The notes under the pieces were generated by a model. It was given only the letters and a program-made list of their open reading frames with translations. It ran no database searches and was not told where the DNA came from. Positions 18,909 to 28,975 of a stretch of 64,000 nucleotides of DNA are shown piece by piece. Each line of letters starts with the position of its first letter. Position 1 is the first letter of the stretch. The DNA is from an uncultured bacterium (lineage in GTDB: Bacteria > Omnitrophota > Gorgyraeia > Ghiorseimicrobiales > Ghiorseimicrobiaceae): the NCBI GenBank assembly GCA_913009335.1, contig CAJVXN010000002.1, positions 11,981 through 75,980 on the forward strand, read 5' to 3'. Position numbers and translations under genes: made by a program.

Positions 18909-19541
18909 CTACTTTTTGAAGATTATTTTTTTTGGTGAGCCCTTCTTCGGAGGATGCGGTAGATGGCGCAATCCGGATAATAGATTACCCTTTTCTTCCC
19001 ATTCCTTTATACCGCCTTTATAGTCAAGGACATGGGTGTAGCCTAATCCGACTAATTTTTCAGCTGCTTTAGTGCTGATGGAGCAGTGGTAGCTTTGGCA
19101 GTATACAACTATTTTTGTATCGGTTTTAAATAGCTTGGGTGCTGTATCTTGAATTTCCTGTTCAGGGATAGATATTGAATTGAGAATGTGCTGCACGCGG
19201 TAATTATAAAATTCAAGCGTATTTATAAGAATAAATGGTTCGTTGTTTTTTTGCATTTTCTTTAAGTCTTCGATGGTTATTTCCTTATAGCCGTTTGTCA
19301 TGAGAAGGCGGATATTGCATATCGGGCAGGCGGTTTGTTCGGCGCGGTCCGCATGCTTGTGTTTTTCTTTTAGTGCGGATGATGTCTTGCTATTTTTTTT
19401 GGGGGTCGTTTTTGTGCCGGATTCTTTAGTCGTGGATTCATGGCTAGTTTTTTGAATTGGCCCACTCTCTTTCGGCTCTGATGAGCAGCTGGATATTGTG
19501 AATACCAATATTATGCCAAAACTTAGAATTAGATTTCTCAT
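18909..19541 (-). CDS. rhodanese-domain lipoprotein (sulfurtransferase-like)
   Basis: Signal peptide with lipobox. C-terminal rhodanese motif with Cys (VYCQSYHCS). Confidence 0.5.
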   Translation of the reverse strand: MRNLILSFGIILVFTISSCSSEPKESGPIQKTSHESTTKESGTKTTPKKNSKTSSALKEKHKHADRAEQTACPICNIRLLMTNGYKEITIEDLKKMQKNNEPFILINTLEFYNYRVQHILNSISIPEQEIQDTAPKLFKTDTKIVVYCQSYHCSISTKAAEKLVGLGYTHVLDYKGGIKEWEEKGNLLSGLRHLPHPPKKGSPKKIIFKK

Positions 19542-19553
19542 AATAATAAAAAA

Positions 19554-20072
19554 TTAAAAAATTTCGTTAAATAAGTATTTACTGAATTTAATTTCTGCTT
19601 TTATCAACTCGATATTATGCTGAATTATTAATGAAAGCGCGGGTTCTTTTTTTTGCTTTGCCAGCTTATCTTTTGTCTGGGCGAGCCATTTTTTTATTCG
19701 TCTTAACCATTCCAGCCGTTGAGTAAGGCGTTTTGAGGCCATTTTTTTATTCATATATTTTAAGAAGTATATGGATAAATCGGTATTAATAAAAGGACGC
19801 TCGAGCTTAAGAAAGTTTTTATAGAGAAGTTTATTAAATATTTCCTTGCCTTTTTTGGTAATTGAATAGACGAATTTATTAAGACCGGCTTCGGGCTTAA
19901 TATGTTTTTCGGTGAGCAGGCCGTTTTTTTTCATACGTCTTAACGGATAATAGATAGAGGTATTTTCAATTGAGGCATAATTAGCTGCTATTTCACGGAT
20001 AAGTTTTTTAATCTGGTACCCGTGCTTTGGCCCGCTCATTAATAACCCCAATATGATAAGGTCTTGTATCAT
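19554..20072 (-). CDS. PadR-family transcriptional regulator
   Basis: GPKHGYQIKKLI ... YYPLRRMKKNGLL winged-helix PadR signature. Confidence 0.7.
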   Translation of the reverse strand: MIQDLIILGLLMSGPKHGYQIKKLIREIAANYASIENTSIYYPLRRMKKNGLLTEKHIKPEAGLNKFVYSITKKGKEIFNKLLYKNFLKLERPFINTDLSIYFLKYMNKKMASKRLTQRLEWLRRIKKWLAQTKDKLAKQKKEPALSLIIQHNIELIKAEIKFSKYLFNEIF

Positions 20073-20190
20073 AGGACAAGATTTTACCCCGCAAAATTCG
20101 GGATTACCTCAACAAGCACAATAAAATCGTCGAGATTTTATTGGTTGACCCTACGGGCAGATTTTTCTAATGAAAAATCTGGATTTAAGC

Positions 20191-20290
20191 GAGCGATGGG
20201 GATCGAACCCACGTAGGTGGCTTGTCCCGAATGAAGTTATCCTACGTAGTGATTCTTCGGGATCCCGATGTGATTCTTAAGAAGTTTCTA
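20191..20290 (-). other. tRNA-like fragment (T-arm GTGGG-TTCGATC-CCCAT plus acceptor-like 3' strand, preceded by a 9-bp stem hairpin); no matching 5' acceptor strand found
   Basis: Read directly. Not a canonical cloverleaf. Confidence 0.3.
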
Positions 20291-20325
20291 CATTCGGGAG
20301 AAGGCCATTTTTTGCCGCTTATTTA

Positions 20326-20396
20326 AGCGGGAGACGGGAATTGAACCCGCGTATATAGCTTGGAAGGCTATTGTTCTACCACTGAACTACTCCCGC
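20326..20396 (-). tRNA. tRNA-Gly (anticodon TCC)
   Basis: Cloverleaf GCGGGAG / CTCCCGC acceptor, anticodon loop CTTCCAA, T-loop TTCAATT. Confidence 0.85.
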
Positions 20397-20405
20397 AATT
20401 TTTAT

Positions 20406-21164
20406 TTATTTCAATTTTCGCTCATGCTTATTAGTTCTTATCTGGGCAAGTTCCCAGCTGTAGTCATAGAGATGCAGGCCTTTACTTACTGCGATAATTT
20501 CGCCGTCTCCGACGCCGATTTCTTCAGCCATGTAGTTTTTAACTAGTTGTAATCCTCCTAAATTAGAAGGAAATCCTCCCCAGAGATCCCATGATCTAAA
20601 GTACAGAATAAAATGCAGCTTTCCGTAACGTATGCGTGTATCAATAATACGCAGGCATGGCGGATCAATTAGCTTGATATCAGATGGCATGCCTATTTCC
20701 ATAACTGCCTGATTAGTTCCGTGACCGTGTGTCTTGTAGAGATTTATTACTTCTTCGATCTGGTTGCAGTTTAAAGAGATTTCTCTTATCATGCTATTTT
20801 CGCCATCGGTTTTTTCCTCTATGCGCACTTTCGGGTCAACTAGTCGCTCACCATAGGTATAGTCTTCGGTTTTGGTCTTCTGGCCCGTTAAAAGATAGCT
20901 AAGATAAGAGTTTATGTAATTCATATCTGTTGGCGGGGGTATGCTCATGCCTTCCGGTATGATAGGGATTATCTGGTGAGATGGTTTTTTTACTCTAATG
21001 CTTACAAAATCAAATTCCAGGCGCTTTTGGCCTTTATAGCTCCCCCTATCTATAGTGTATATGTGTCCTTTATCCAGGATGGTGGATAGGCACTGAAACC
21101 ATGCGTCATCTAAGTCAAAGGCGTCGATATATACAGGTTTTAAGGATTCTTCTTTTTGTGTCAT
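20406..21164 (-). CDS. thyA: thymidylate synthase (divergent ThyA family)
   Basis: DPPCLRII (active-site Cys region) and FRSWDLWGGFPSNLGGLQL, similar to ThyA QRSCDxxLGLPFNIASYALL. Confidence 0.5.
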   Translation of the reverse strand: MTQKEESLKPVYIDAFDLDDAWFQCLSTILDKGHIYTIDRGSYKGQKRLEFDFVSIRVKKPSHQIIPIIPEGMSIPPPTDMNYINSYLSYLLTGQKTKTEDYTYGERLVDPKVRIEEKTDGENSMIREISLNCNQIEEVINLYKTHGHGTNQAVMEIGMPSDIKLIDPPCLRIIDTRIRYGKLHFILYFRSWDLWGGFPSNLGGLQLVKNYMAEEIGVGDGEIIAVSKGLHLYDYSWELAQIRTNKHERKLK

Positions 21165-21282
21165 AATTTACCTTTAAATGGTGGGACCGTAAAGTTGCTT
21201 ATGGCAACCACGCCCCTAACACACGTAAAAACTTACGTTCACGTGCTTGCGCACGTGATGAAATTCGAAAAGAATTTCATTT

Positions 21283-21620
21283 TACGTGGTGGGCAGGAGA
21301 GGGTTCGAACCTCTGAAGCATTGCGCAGCAGATTTCAAGTGCCCTCAAGTTACCTTGAGGCTTGGACTATCTCATCACCATAGCATATAGGCTTTAGGTG
21401 GTGGGCGCTTAGGCTCTTCCTTTAAAAGAAGGGCCTATATCCTTATTGGATTAGTCTCTGCACCTTCCTATCAATAAAAATTGCGTTGATAGGCTTGGCT
21501 CAGGATTGCCCAAAATATTATTGGGTTTCCCTGAATTCACCCACTTTTCCATCTTATCTTTCGACAAGACGCTGCATTTTATACAGTCTGCCCCCTTTGG
21601 CCACTTGGGTACCTGCCCAG
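21283..21620 (-). ncRNA. structured RNA candidate with a tRNA-like 3' end (T-arm AGAGG-TTCGAAC-CCTCT, acceptor CCTGCCC-A-CCA) pairing perfectly with a 5' strand GGGCAGG ~320 nt upstream; tmRNA (ssrA)-like
   Basis: 7-bp acceptor complementarity, an encoded CCA, a P2-like pairing (CAAGTG / CACTTG) and a GNRA-capped 7-bp helix, all read directly. No convincing tag ORF ending in AA-stop was found. Confidence 0.35.
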
Positions 21621-21918
21621 TCGTTCGCTTTAGTTTATTCATCGTTTTAATAAACTAATAGCGTATATTGTTTTATCTTACGGTTAGCTTGTATTATAAC
21701 GACACTCACTCCTTAAGGAAAAACCCTGATGGTTTTTCCTTAATATTCCTTTTCCTTCCGCAAGGAGTAAATGCCTCTTAAGAGAAAACAATCTTTTCTC
21801 TTAAGAATCTCTTTTTAGGTTTTCGGCTGTCCAATTTTATATCCCGCAAAGCGGGATAACAGCCTTCAAACTTTTATTACTTATTATAAAGAACAAAATA
21901 ATTTTTTTAGGTTTTATT

Positions 21919-21994
21919 TGGAGCTGGCGAGAGGATTTGAACCCCCGACCAGAGGTTTACAAAACCCCTGCTCTACCAACTGAGCTACGCCAGC
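21919..21994 (-). tRNA. tRNA-Thr (anticodon TGT), CCA encoded
   Basis: GCTGGCGTAGCTCAGTTGGTAGAGCA... anticodon loop TTTGTAA, T-loop TTCAAAT, acceptor CGCCAGC-T-CCA. Confidence 0.8.
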
Positions 21995-22032
21995 GTCATT
22001 CGTTATAGTTTATTCAATCAAATTTATTTTTC

Positions 22033-22878
22033 TTATTTACTTTTTTTAATTGCTTCGGGAATTTCCTCTATTATATCTGAGGCAATTAGTCCCAGCTGCG
22101 TTTTTTTCTTTACAGCTAGGTCTCCTGCTTTGCCATGGATATAGGCGCCGTATTTTGCGGCATTGAATGCATCCAGCCTTTGTGCTAAAAATGCACCAAT
22201 TATTCCGCTTAAAACATCACCGGAGCCGGCAGTACTCATGCCTGGGTTGCCGGTTTTATTTATGTAGATATGCTTTTTATCGGCTACTACTGTTTTATAG
22301 CCTTTTAATGCAACCGTAATATTATATTCGACTGCCGCTTTTTTTGCAACACTTTTACGATTGTTTTTTATTTTATCGACGCTGATGGATAAAAGCCGCG
22401 ACATTTCCTTGACATGAGGCGTTATTATAGCATGTTTGTTGCGCAAAAGCTCTGGGTTTTCAGCTAAGGCATTTATACCGTCGGCATCAATTACTAAAGC
22501 TTTTGGGCAATTTTTTATAACTTTCTGGATTAAGCCTTTAGTTGATTTATTTTGTGAAAGACCCGGGCCGATTACGAGTATGTCAGCTTTTTCTTTTAAA
22601 AATTTTATAATTTGCGTGTATGCTTTAGTGCTTAATGTTTTATCTTTAGTTTCCGGTAATACTTTAATCATTCCTTCGGTTAGGCGACGGGCAAAAACAT
22701 TATGTAGTGATTTGGGTATACCCAGGGTTACCAGTCCGGCCCCGGAACGCAAAGCCGCAGCTACCGTTAGTATAGCCGCGCCACAGAATCCGCGGGAACC
22801 TGCTAAGATAAAAACATGCCCGAAATCGCCCTTGTGAGAATTAGTTTTTCTTCGTAACAACTGCGTTGGCAACTGCAT
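22033..22878 (-). CDS. ADP-dependent NAD(P)H-hydrate dehydratase (YjeF C-terminal/carbohydrate kinase-like)
   Basis: KGDFGHVFILAGSRGFCGAAIL ... GAGLVTLG motifs. Confidence 0.65.
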   Translation of the reverse strand: MQLPTQLLRRKTNSHKGDFGHVFILAGSRGFCGAAILTVAAALRSGAGLVTLGIPKSLHNVFARRLTEGMIKVLPETKDKTLSTKAYTQIIKFLKEKADILVIGPGLSQNKSTKGLIQKVIKNCPKALVIDADGINALAENPELLRNKHAIITPHVKEMSRLLSISVDKIKNNRKSVAKKAAVEYNITVALKGYKTVVADKKHIYINKTGNPGMSTAGSGDVLSGIIGAFLAQRLDAFNAAKYGAYIHGKAGDLAVKKKTQLGLIASDIIEEIPEAIKKSK

Positions 22879-23206
22879 AATCTTTAATATGTGAAATTGA
22901 TACGGATATTAGGTATTTCTTATTTATTGATTTTGGTTTTGTTATCGTCGCGTATGGTTTGCCACTTTTTTTATTTACGATTTCAATGTCTTTAAAGCCC
23001 AGTTCTCCCCCATCAGTAGCTTTAATGATTGCTTCTTTAGCCGCAAATCTTCCGGCAAGATGTTCATAGGTTGAGCGTCTTGATTTTGCGTATTCTATCT
23101 CTTTTGTGGTAAATATTCTGTTTAAGAAAAGATCGCCCCATTTTTTGATCGCGCGTCTCAAGCGTTTAATTTCAACTATGTCTATTCCGGTTCCGATTAA
23201 TTCCAT
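22841..23206 (-). CDS. acpS: holo-ACP synthase (4'-phosphopantetheinyl transferase)
   Basis: GIDIVEI ... FAAKEAIIKA motifs, 121 aa. Confidence 0.75.
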   Translation of the reverse strand: MELIGTGIDIVEIKRLRRAIKKWGDLFLNRIFTTKEIEYAKSRRSTYEHLAGRFAAKEAIIKATDGGELGFKDIEIVNKKSGKPYATITKPKSINKKYLISVSISHIKDYAVANAVVTKKN

Positions 23207-23208
23207 AA

Positions 23209-23931
23209 TTATTTTATTAGATTTATCATTTCCTTTATTGCATTTTTCAATCCGAAAAATACAGCCCGGGTTATTATTGAATATCCTATGTTTAATTCTT
23301 CTATTTCGTCAATATCGGCTATAGCTTTTACGTTATGGTAATTTAGTCCGTGCCCCGCGAAAACGCTAAGGCCGATTTTTTTTGCATGTTGGGCAGCTTT
23401 TTTTATTTTTAAAAGTTCATTTTTTTGTTTTTTACCACTGGATAAAGCATATTTTCCGGTATGTATCTCTATTGCGTCTGCGTTTATAGATTTGGCTGTT
23501 TGTATTTGGTGAATATTCGGCTCTATAAATAGACTAACCTTGATTCCCTTTGATTGCAGTTTTGATATAACTTTGCTGATGCGGGATTTTAATTTTATTG
23601 TGTCCAGTCCTCCTTCAGTTGTTAGCTCCTGGCGTTTTTCCGGAACTAGAGTTACCTGATCAGGTTTTGTTTTTGCGGCAATAGCGACAATTTCCGGATT
23701 GATAGACATTTCAAGGTTAAGGTGTGTTACGACAACTTGTTTTAGTGTTTTAAGGTCGCGATCGTTTATGTGGCGTCTGTCTTCTCGCAAGTGAACGACA
23801 ATGCCGTCTGCTCCAGCATTTTCAACTATATTTGCCGCTTGTATCGGATCAGGCGTTAGCCCGCCTCGTAATTGCCTTAAGCTTGCGATATGATCTATGT
23901 TAACACCTAGCCGTTTTTTATTATTTGTCAT
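23209..23931 (-). CDS. pdxJ: pyridoxine 5'-phosphate synthase
   Basis: LGVNIDHIASLRQLRGG..PDP N-terminal signature, 240 aa. Confidence 0.8.
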   Translation of the reverse strand: MTNNKKRLGVNIDHIASLRQLRGGLTPDPIQAANIVENAGADGIVVHLREDRRHINDRDLKTLKQVVVTHLNLEMSINPEIVAIAAKTKPDQVTLVPEKRQELTTEGGLDTIKLKSRISKVISKLQSKGIKVSLFIEPNIHQIQTAKSINADAIEIHTGKYALSSGKKQKNELLKIKKAAQHAKKIGLSVFAGHGLNYHNVKAIADIDEIEELNIGYSIITRAVFFGLKNAIKEMINLIK

Positions 23932-24838
23932 TTGCGTTTATTATTGAGTCAGCAACTTTAACCACATCAGATATTTCAGCTACATCATGTACGCGAACAA
24001 TATGAGCTCCGTTTGCTATAGCTATACCGATAGATGCTGCGGTGCCAAATAGTCGCTCATCCGGATCTTTATTAAGTATATTTCCGATAAATGATTTTCT
24101 CGACGGTCCGATTAAAAGTGGAAGATCTAGTTTTTGGAATTCCCCGAGACGCTTGATAATTTCTAAATTATGCGTTAGCGTTTTACCGAATCCGATACCC
24201 GGGTCTATCATTATTCTATCCTTCGCTATTCCCGAGGAAATAGCAGTTTCTACAGATCTCTTAAGCGTTTGGCTTATTTCTTCAATCAGGGATTCATATT
24301 GGGGGTTATCTTGCATATTCGAGGGGGTACCTTTCATATGCATGAGTATAACTGCTGCGTTGTATTTTTTTATTACCTGCGGCATTTTGTTATCGCGCAG
24401 TGCGGTAATATCATTAACAATAGATGCGCCGTTGTCCAGGGCTTCTTCTGCTATTCTTGGTTTATAGGTATCTATAGATATGGGCGCACTTACTTTTTTT
24501 GCCAATATTTTTACCAATGGGATTATCCGCTTAAGTTCTTCTTCGACTGACACAGCTTGAGAGTTTGGTCTGGATGATTCGCCCCCTATATCTATAATGT
24601 CTGCCCCGTCAGCAATCATTTTTTGGCCCATATCAACGATTTTATCAAGCGAGTAACTCAATAAGCCGTCTCCGCTAAAAGAATCCGGCGTAATATTTAA
24701 TATTCCTATTATGCGAGTCTGATGACCCAGCTCTAAGTCTGTTTTAGCAAGTCTTAAGGTAAATTTCGGACGTGCGTTATACTCTATAGGTTTCATGGTA
24801 ATATTTATAATCTCAGGGGTAGCACAGGGCGGATGCAT
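23921..24838 (-). CDS. folP: dihydropteroate synthase
   Basis: GILNITPDSFSGDG motif. The true start may be the internal MKPIEY. Confidence 0.8.
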   Translation of the reverse strand: MHPPCATPEIINITMKPIEYNARPKFTLRLAKTDLELGHQTRIIGILNITPDSFSGDGLLSYSLDKIVDMGQKMIADGADIIDIGGESSRPNSQAVSVEEELKRIIPLVKILAKKVSAPISIDTYKPRIAEEALDNGASIVNDITALRDNKMPQVIKKYNAAVILMHMKGTPSNMQDNPQYESLIEEISQTLKRSVETAISSGIAKDRIMIDPGIGFGKTLTHNLEIIKRLGEFQKLDLPLLIGPSRKSFIGNILNKDPDERLFGTAASIGIAIANGAHIVRVHDVAEISDVVKVADSIINANDK

Positions 24839-24876
24839 ATTATTTTTAAGAGTATCTTAGAGGGTAATAAAACTAT

Positions 24877-26811
24877 TTACTTAGTCTTGTCTGTATCTTT
24901 TTCTTTTGGTTTGTTTTCGGTTTGGGCTTTATCATTCGAAGCTTTTAAGCCTGTAATTTGCTGCACCTCTTCTACTCCGAGTACTTCTTTTTCTAAAAGT
25001 GCTTTAGCTAAATTCTCTAGTTTTTCTTTGTGCTGTTCAAGGAGTGTTTTTGCGTATTCATGTGCCTGATAGACTATTTTTTTAACTTCTCCGTCAATAA
25101 GGTTTGCCGTTTCCTCGCCGTAATCTCTTTCTTCCATTATATCGCGACCCAAAAATAACGGTCCGTGATGTTTGCCTAGTGTAATATTTCCTATTCGTTC
25201 GCTCATTCCGAACGCGCATACCATGCGCCGGGCAAGTTTGGTTGCTTCGCGTAGGTCATTTTCAGCGCCGGTAGTAATTTCTCCTAAGTTTATCTCTTCG
25301 GATATTCTTCCTCCTAATGCTACAGTTATCCTGCCGAGCAATTCTTTCTTTGCCCAGTAGTGTTTATCTTCTTGCTGGGGCATGATTGTGTATCCGCCTG
25401 CCATGCCTCTGGGGATAATAGATACTTTACGTAGGGGGTCCACTTCCGGAATTAAGAGTGATAGTAGAGCATGTCCTGATTCATGATATGCGACAATTTT
25501 TTTCTCACGTTGGGATATTATTCTGCTTTTTTTCTCCGGTCCCATAAGCACGCGTTCTATCGCAGCTTCTAGTTCTTTCATCGTTACTTCTTTTTTGTTG
25601 AATCGTGCTGCCAAGAGCGCTGATTCATTGCATAAATTTGCCAGGTCTGCTCCGGAGAATCCCGAAGTTTGTCTAGCTACTAGCTTTAAATCTGTATTGG
25701 GAGCAAGTTTTATCTTGCGCATATGCACTTTAAGGATTGCTTCTCTGCCTAATATATCCGGCAGGTTAACTACGATGTGTCTGTCAAATCTTCCCGGACG
25801 CAGCAATGCCTGGTCTAATGTGTCGGGTCTGTTAGTTGCGGCAATTATAATTAAACCTTCCGTAGTATCAAAACCGTCCATTTCTCCTAAGAGTTGATTT
25901 AGGGTTTGTTCGCGTTCGTCGTGCCCTCCGCCGATACCGGAGAAGCGCTGTCGGCCTACAGCGTCTATTTCATCAATAAATACAATACATCCTTTTCCTG
26001 ATATTTTTGCCGCATGTCTTCCCTGTTCAAAGAGATCTCGTACGCGTGAAGCCCCTACGCCTACAAACATCTCTACAAAATCTGAACCGCTCATAGAGAA
26101 AAACGGAACTTCCGCCTCTCCTGATACAGCTTTCGCTAGAAGTGTTTTTCCGCAACCCGGAGGCCCTACAAGCAAGACGCCCTTGGGGATTTTTCCTCCC
26201 AGCTTCTGAAATTTATGTGGATCTTTTAAGAATTCAATTATCTCTTGTAGTTCTTCTTTTGCTTCTTCAATTCCGGCCACATCACCAAAAGTAGCTTTTT
26301 TGGTTTTTGACCCTTGAGGTTTAGCGCGTATTTTACCGAATGACCAGAGTTTGTTGCCCATCTGGCTTCCGCGGTAGCTAAAATACCATAGAAAGCCGAT
26401 AAAAAGCAACATTGGTCCTAAGGAAAAAATAAGGCTTGTCCAAAATGTCTTTAATGGCTTTATTTCAAATCGCGTTACATTTTCCCGAAGCAGGGGTATT
26501 AGGTCCTTATCTTCAGCAGGAATATTTACAAAGAACTTTTCACCACTAGTAAATTTCCCTTCAAGTCGAGCGTCTGTTTTAGCTATGGAGCTTATCATGG
26601 GTTTTTCGGGATTATCTTTAAGTATCTGATAAAATTCTCCGTAGCTTATTTCTCGTGTCGCACCATTCGTTCCGACATCTGTCAGGTTAAAAAGATATAA
26701 CATCCCGAATGCTAAGATAAGTGCTAATAGTATTCGTCGTGTCATGAGGCTGTTTTTATCTTGTTTTTTACGTTTCTTTCTATTTTCGGGTTTATTCATA
26801 TTTATTTGCAT
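24877..26811 (-). CDS. ftsH: ATP-dependent zinc metalloprotease FtsH
   Basis: Walker [12 protein letters not shown] region, HEAGHA-type zinc motif (HESGHAL); N-terminal TM helices. Confidence 0.9.
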   Translation of the reverse strand: MQINMNKPENRKKRKKQDKNSLMTRRILLALILAFGMLYLFNLTDVGTNGATREISYGEFYQILKDNPEKPMISSIAKTDARLEGKFTSGEKFFVNIPAEDKDLIPLLRENVTRFEIKPLKTFWTSLIFSLGPMLLFIGFLWYFSYRGSQMGNKLWSFGKIRAKPQGSKTKKATFGDVAGIEEAKEELQEIIEFLKDPHKFQKLGGKIPKGVLLVGPPGCGKTLLAKAVSGEAEVPFFSMSGSDFVEMFVGVGASRVRDLFEQGRHAAKISGKGCIVFIDEIDAVGRQRFSGIGGGHDEREQTLNQLLGEMDGFDTTEGLIIIAATNRPDTLDQALLRPGRFDRHIVVNLPDILGREAILKVHMRKIKLAPNTDLKLVARQTSGFSGADLANLCNESALLAARFNKKEVTMKELEAAIERVLMGPEKKSRIISQREKKIVAYHESGHALLSLLIPEVDPLRKVSIIPRGMAGGYTIMPQQEDKHYWAKKELLGRITVALGGRISEEINLGEITTGAENDLREATKLARRMVCAFGMSERIGNITLGKHHGPLFLGRDIMEERDYGEETANLIDGEVKKIVYQAHEYAKTLLEQHKEKLENLAKALLEKEVLGVEEVQQITGLKASNDKAQTENKPKEKDTDKTK

Positions 26812-26970
26812 TATTTCCCCTTATGATTTAGCAACTTTTTTTTTCAATAGGTTATGAATACTTAGCTTTCTGTCTAATTCTGAATTCATTTTATCTCTTC
26901 TAAGCGTATCATAGTATATAACAAACCTCGTGTTTAATCAAGATTTTTCACAGCGCTAGATGCATTTTAA

Positions 26971-28041
26971 TTAAAGCTGTTTTCGCCGATATATTTTAAT
27001 TGTTGATGGTGTTTTTATTGCGGAAATATTATGCGGGAGGTCAACTATGGATTTTTCTTTTCGCGCATCAATTAGGTCATCTAATTCTTGGATATGTTTA
27101 AAACTCAGGCGTCTTAGATTTCCTGTTATTTTCTGTATGGCAAGCCGCAGTACCATTCTTCGTACGGCAGGATGAAGTCTAAGTATTTTATCGGTTTTAA
27201 GGCTTATTTGTGATTTAGAGTTTGCTTTATGTATTTTGGCCAGGCTTTTTTCTGCTTCGGATTTTATGTATTCATAATCTAGTGCCACAGTTTGAGCCGT
27301 ATTTGCCAGGATGCTTACGATGTTTTTATTGTATTTTTTTAGTTTAGGTATAAGGTTGCGTCTTATCCTGTTTCTAAAATAGATGTCTTTTTTATTTGTA
27401 CGATCCAACCTGTATGAAATCTTACGTTTTTTAAGGTAGGTTAAAATCTCTTTTTTAGGTATCTCCAGCAGCGGTCGTATGAGTGTATACTGGCGGATTT
27501 TTCGTTTAGGTAGTATAGCTGAAAGACCATAAAGCCCACTACCGCGCAATAGGCGCATGAGCACTGTTTCTGCCTGATCATCTTTTGTGTGCCCCAGGGC
27601 AATTTTAGCGGCTTTGATATTATCGGTAACTTTAAATAAGAAATCCTGGCGCGCTTTACGGGCGGTTTCTTCAATGGAGGCATTGTTATTTAGCTTTTTA
27701 ATATTAATACTTTCAGAGAAAAAAGGAATATTTAGCCTTGCTGATAACGTTTGGCAAAACAACATGTCTTTTTTAGACTCTTTCCCTCTTAACATATGGT
27801 TAAGGTGGGCCGCGGCAATTTTAAGTGCGAATTCTTTTTTTAAGGAGTTTAGTAAGTATAATAGGGCAACTGAATCCGGGCCGCCTGAAAGGGCGACTAG
27901 TATGGTTTCGTTTTTTGTAATAAGCCGGTGTTTTTTAAGTGATGCTTTAACTTTATTGGTGAGCCCCGTTAGAGATAGGCCATCTTTAGATGGCCGTTTG
28001 CTAACGGTAGAGTTACTAGATATAAATTTATTTTTTTTCAT
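26971..28041 (-). CDS. tilS: tRNA(Ile)-lysidine synthetase
   Basis: PP-loop SGGPDS. The N-terminal ~30 codons, including the ATG at 28041, lie inside repeat copy 4, and no alternative start is obvious. Confidence 0.75.
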   Translation of the reverse strand: MKKNKFISSNSTVSKRPSKDGLSLTGLTNKVKASLKKHRLITKNETILVALSGGPDSVALLYLLNSLKKEFALKIAAAHLNHMLRGKESKKDMLFCQTLSARLNIPFFSESINIKKLNNNASIEETARKARQDFLFKVTDNIKAAKIALGHTKDDQAETVLMRLLRGSGLYGLSAILPKRKIRQYTLIRPLLEIPKKEILTYLKKRKISYRLDRTNKKDIYFRNRIRRNLIPKLKKYNKNIVSILANTAQTVALDYEYIKSEAEKSLAKIHKANSKSQISLKTDKILRLHPAVRRMVLRLAIQKITGNLRRLSFKHIQELDDLIDARKEKSIVDLPHNISAIKTPSTIKIYRRKQL

Positions 28042-28087
28042 TATTAATCGAGGTATATAAATGCTTAATAAGTTATCTCTAACGGGG
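27964..28087 (+). repeat. TIR-bounded intergenic repeat element, copy 4 (hairpin GGCCATC/GATGGCC)
   Basis: Same TIRs. The hairpin carries double compensatory changes. It contributes the apparent start codon and N-terminal extension of tilS. Confidence 0.8.
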
Positions 28088-28107
28088 TGAGCATTTTATG
28101 GGGCGGG

Positions 28108-28908
28108 CTAATCTACGAAATATATTTCTTTTGTCTTGCCGGTTATTGCGTTAACTCTTATTGCGTGGAATATTCCAGTTCGTTTTTCTTCAAAGCCTAC
28201 TATCCAGTATCCATCTCTTGCGTCATCGCTGGTAAAAAGATAGGTCAGCCCTTTTTTTCTGTAGACTTTTTGTGCTTTGGTATATTTTGCAGCCAGCGTT
28301 TTTGCTTCTTTTTTATTTACTATAATTCTTTGATTTTCTGTTGTAATTTTACCCTTTAATTTTTTAGAATTAGTCAGTTTTTTTTGCAGCTCATTAAAGG
28401 AAAGAATATCAATTTTTATTGTATCGCTTGAACAAATTTCCTTGACGGCTCTTTTTAGTAGGGGCGCGCGGTCGCAATAAGTCAGTCTTATTTTGTATGT
28501 TCCGGATTCTATGAAAGGTTCAAGTCCTGCGCTGTTTTCATTCTCCAGGCCTTTCGGTTTTATGTCTAAGGCAAAAAATTCTATTTCCTCAGCAGGCAAA
28601 ACAGCAGAATAGTCCGTTGGTGCAAACGGTCCCCTGTCATCGACAAGTTCGAGTTCATTATCGCTTGGTGTTGTAACGGTTAATGTTGTGTTAAGAAAAG
28701 GGCGTAGGGTTTGAATGTAGGCGACATTTGATCCAAGGTTTATAACGAAACCCCTCAGAGTTATTGTTTCACCTATTGCATATGTTCGCTTGTCAGTTTC
28801 AATCCTAAATCTTACAAGTGGTCTTGTTTCCTTTGCCGGAGCAATAGAACTAAAACTTAAAAGTCCGAATATCGCTATAAGGGCATATAAGATTATTTTT
28901 TTTATCAT
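28108..28908 (-). CDS. secreted protein, unknown function
   Basis: N-terminal signal peptide (MIKKIILYALIAIFGLLSFSSIAPA), 266 aa. Confidence 0.5.
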   Translation of the reverse strand: MIKKIILYALIAIFGLLSFSSIAPAKETRPLVRFRIETDKRTYAIGETITLRGFVINLGSNVAYIQTLRPFLNTTLTVTTPSDNELELVDDRGPFAPTDYSAVLPAEEIEFFALDIKPKGLENENSAGLEPFIESGTYKIRLTYCDRAPLLKRAVKEICSSDTIKIDILSFNELQKKLTNSKKLKGKITTENQRIIVNKKEAKTLAAKYTKAQKVYRKKGLTYLFTSDDARDGYWIVGFEEKRTGIFHAIRVNAITGKTKEIYFVD

Positions 28909-28946
28909 ATTTTCTCCTGCGCAATTACCTCTTTATATGTAAGATA

Positions 28947-28975
28947 TTATACCACTGAAATTTTAAAAATGTAAA
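28947..28975 (-). promoter_or_regulatory. sigma70-like promoter for 28108-28908 (TTTACA, 17 nt, TGgTATAAT extended -10) followed by an AGGAGA RBS
   Basis: Hexamers read directly on the minus strand. Confidence 0.4.

Noticed and set aside
21283-21370. Ordinary tRNA at the 3' end of the 21283-21620 region
   Set aside because: The T-arm and CCA are present, but no D-arm or anticodon arm, and no 5' acceptor strand within ~90 nt. The acceptor complement lies ~320 nt upstream, so a tmRNA-like fold is the better reading.
21451-21642. 63-aa ORF (MNKLKRTTGQVPKWPKG…) and plus-strand ORF 21156-21383
   Set aside because: Both overlap the tRNA-like-terminated structured RNA and the palindromic leader of thyA. 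There is no RBS or family resemblance, so they are most likely spurious.
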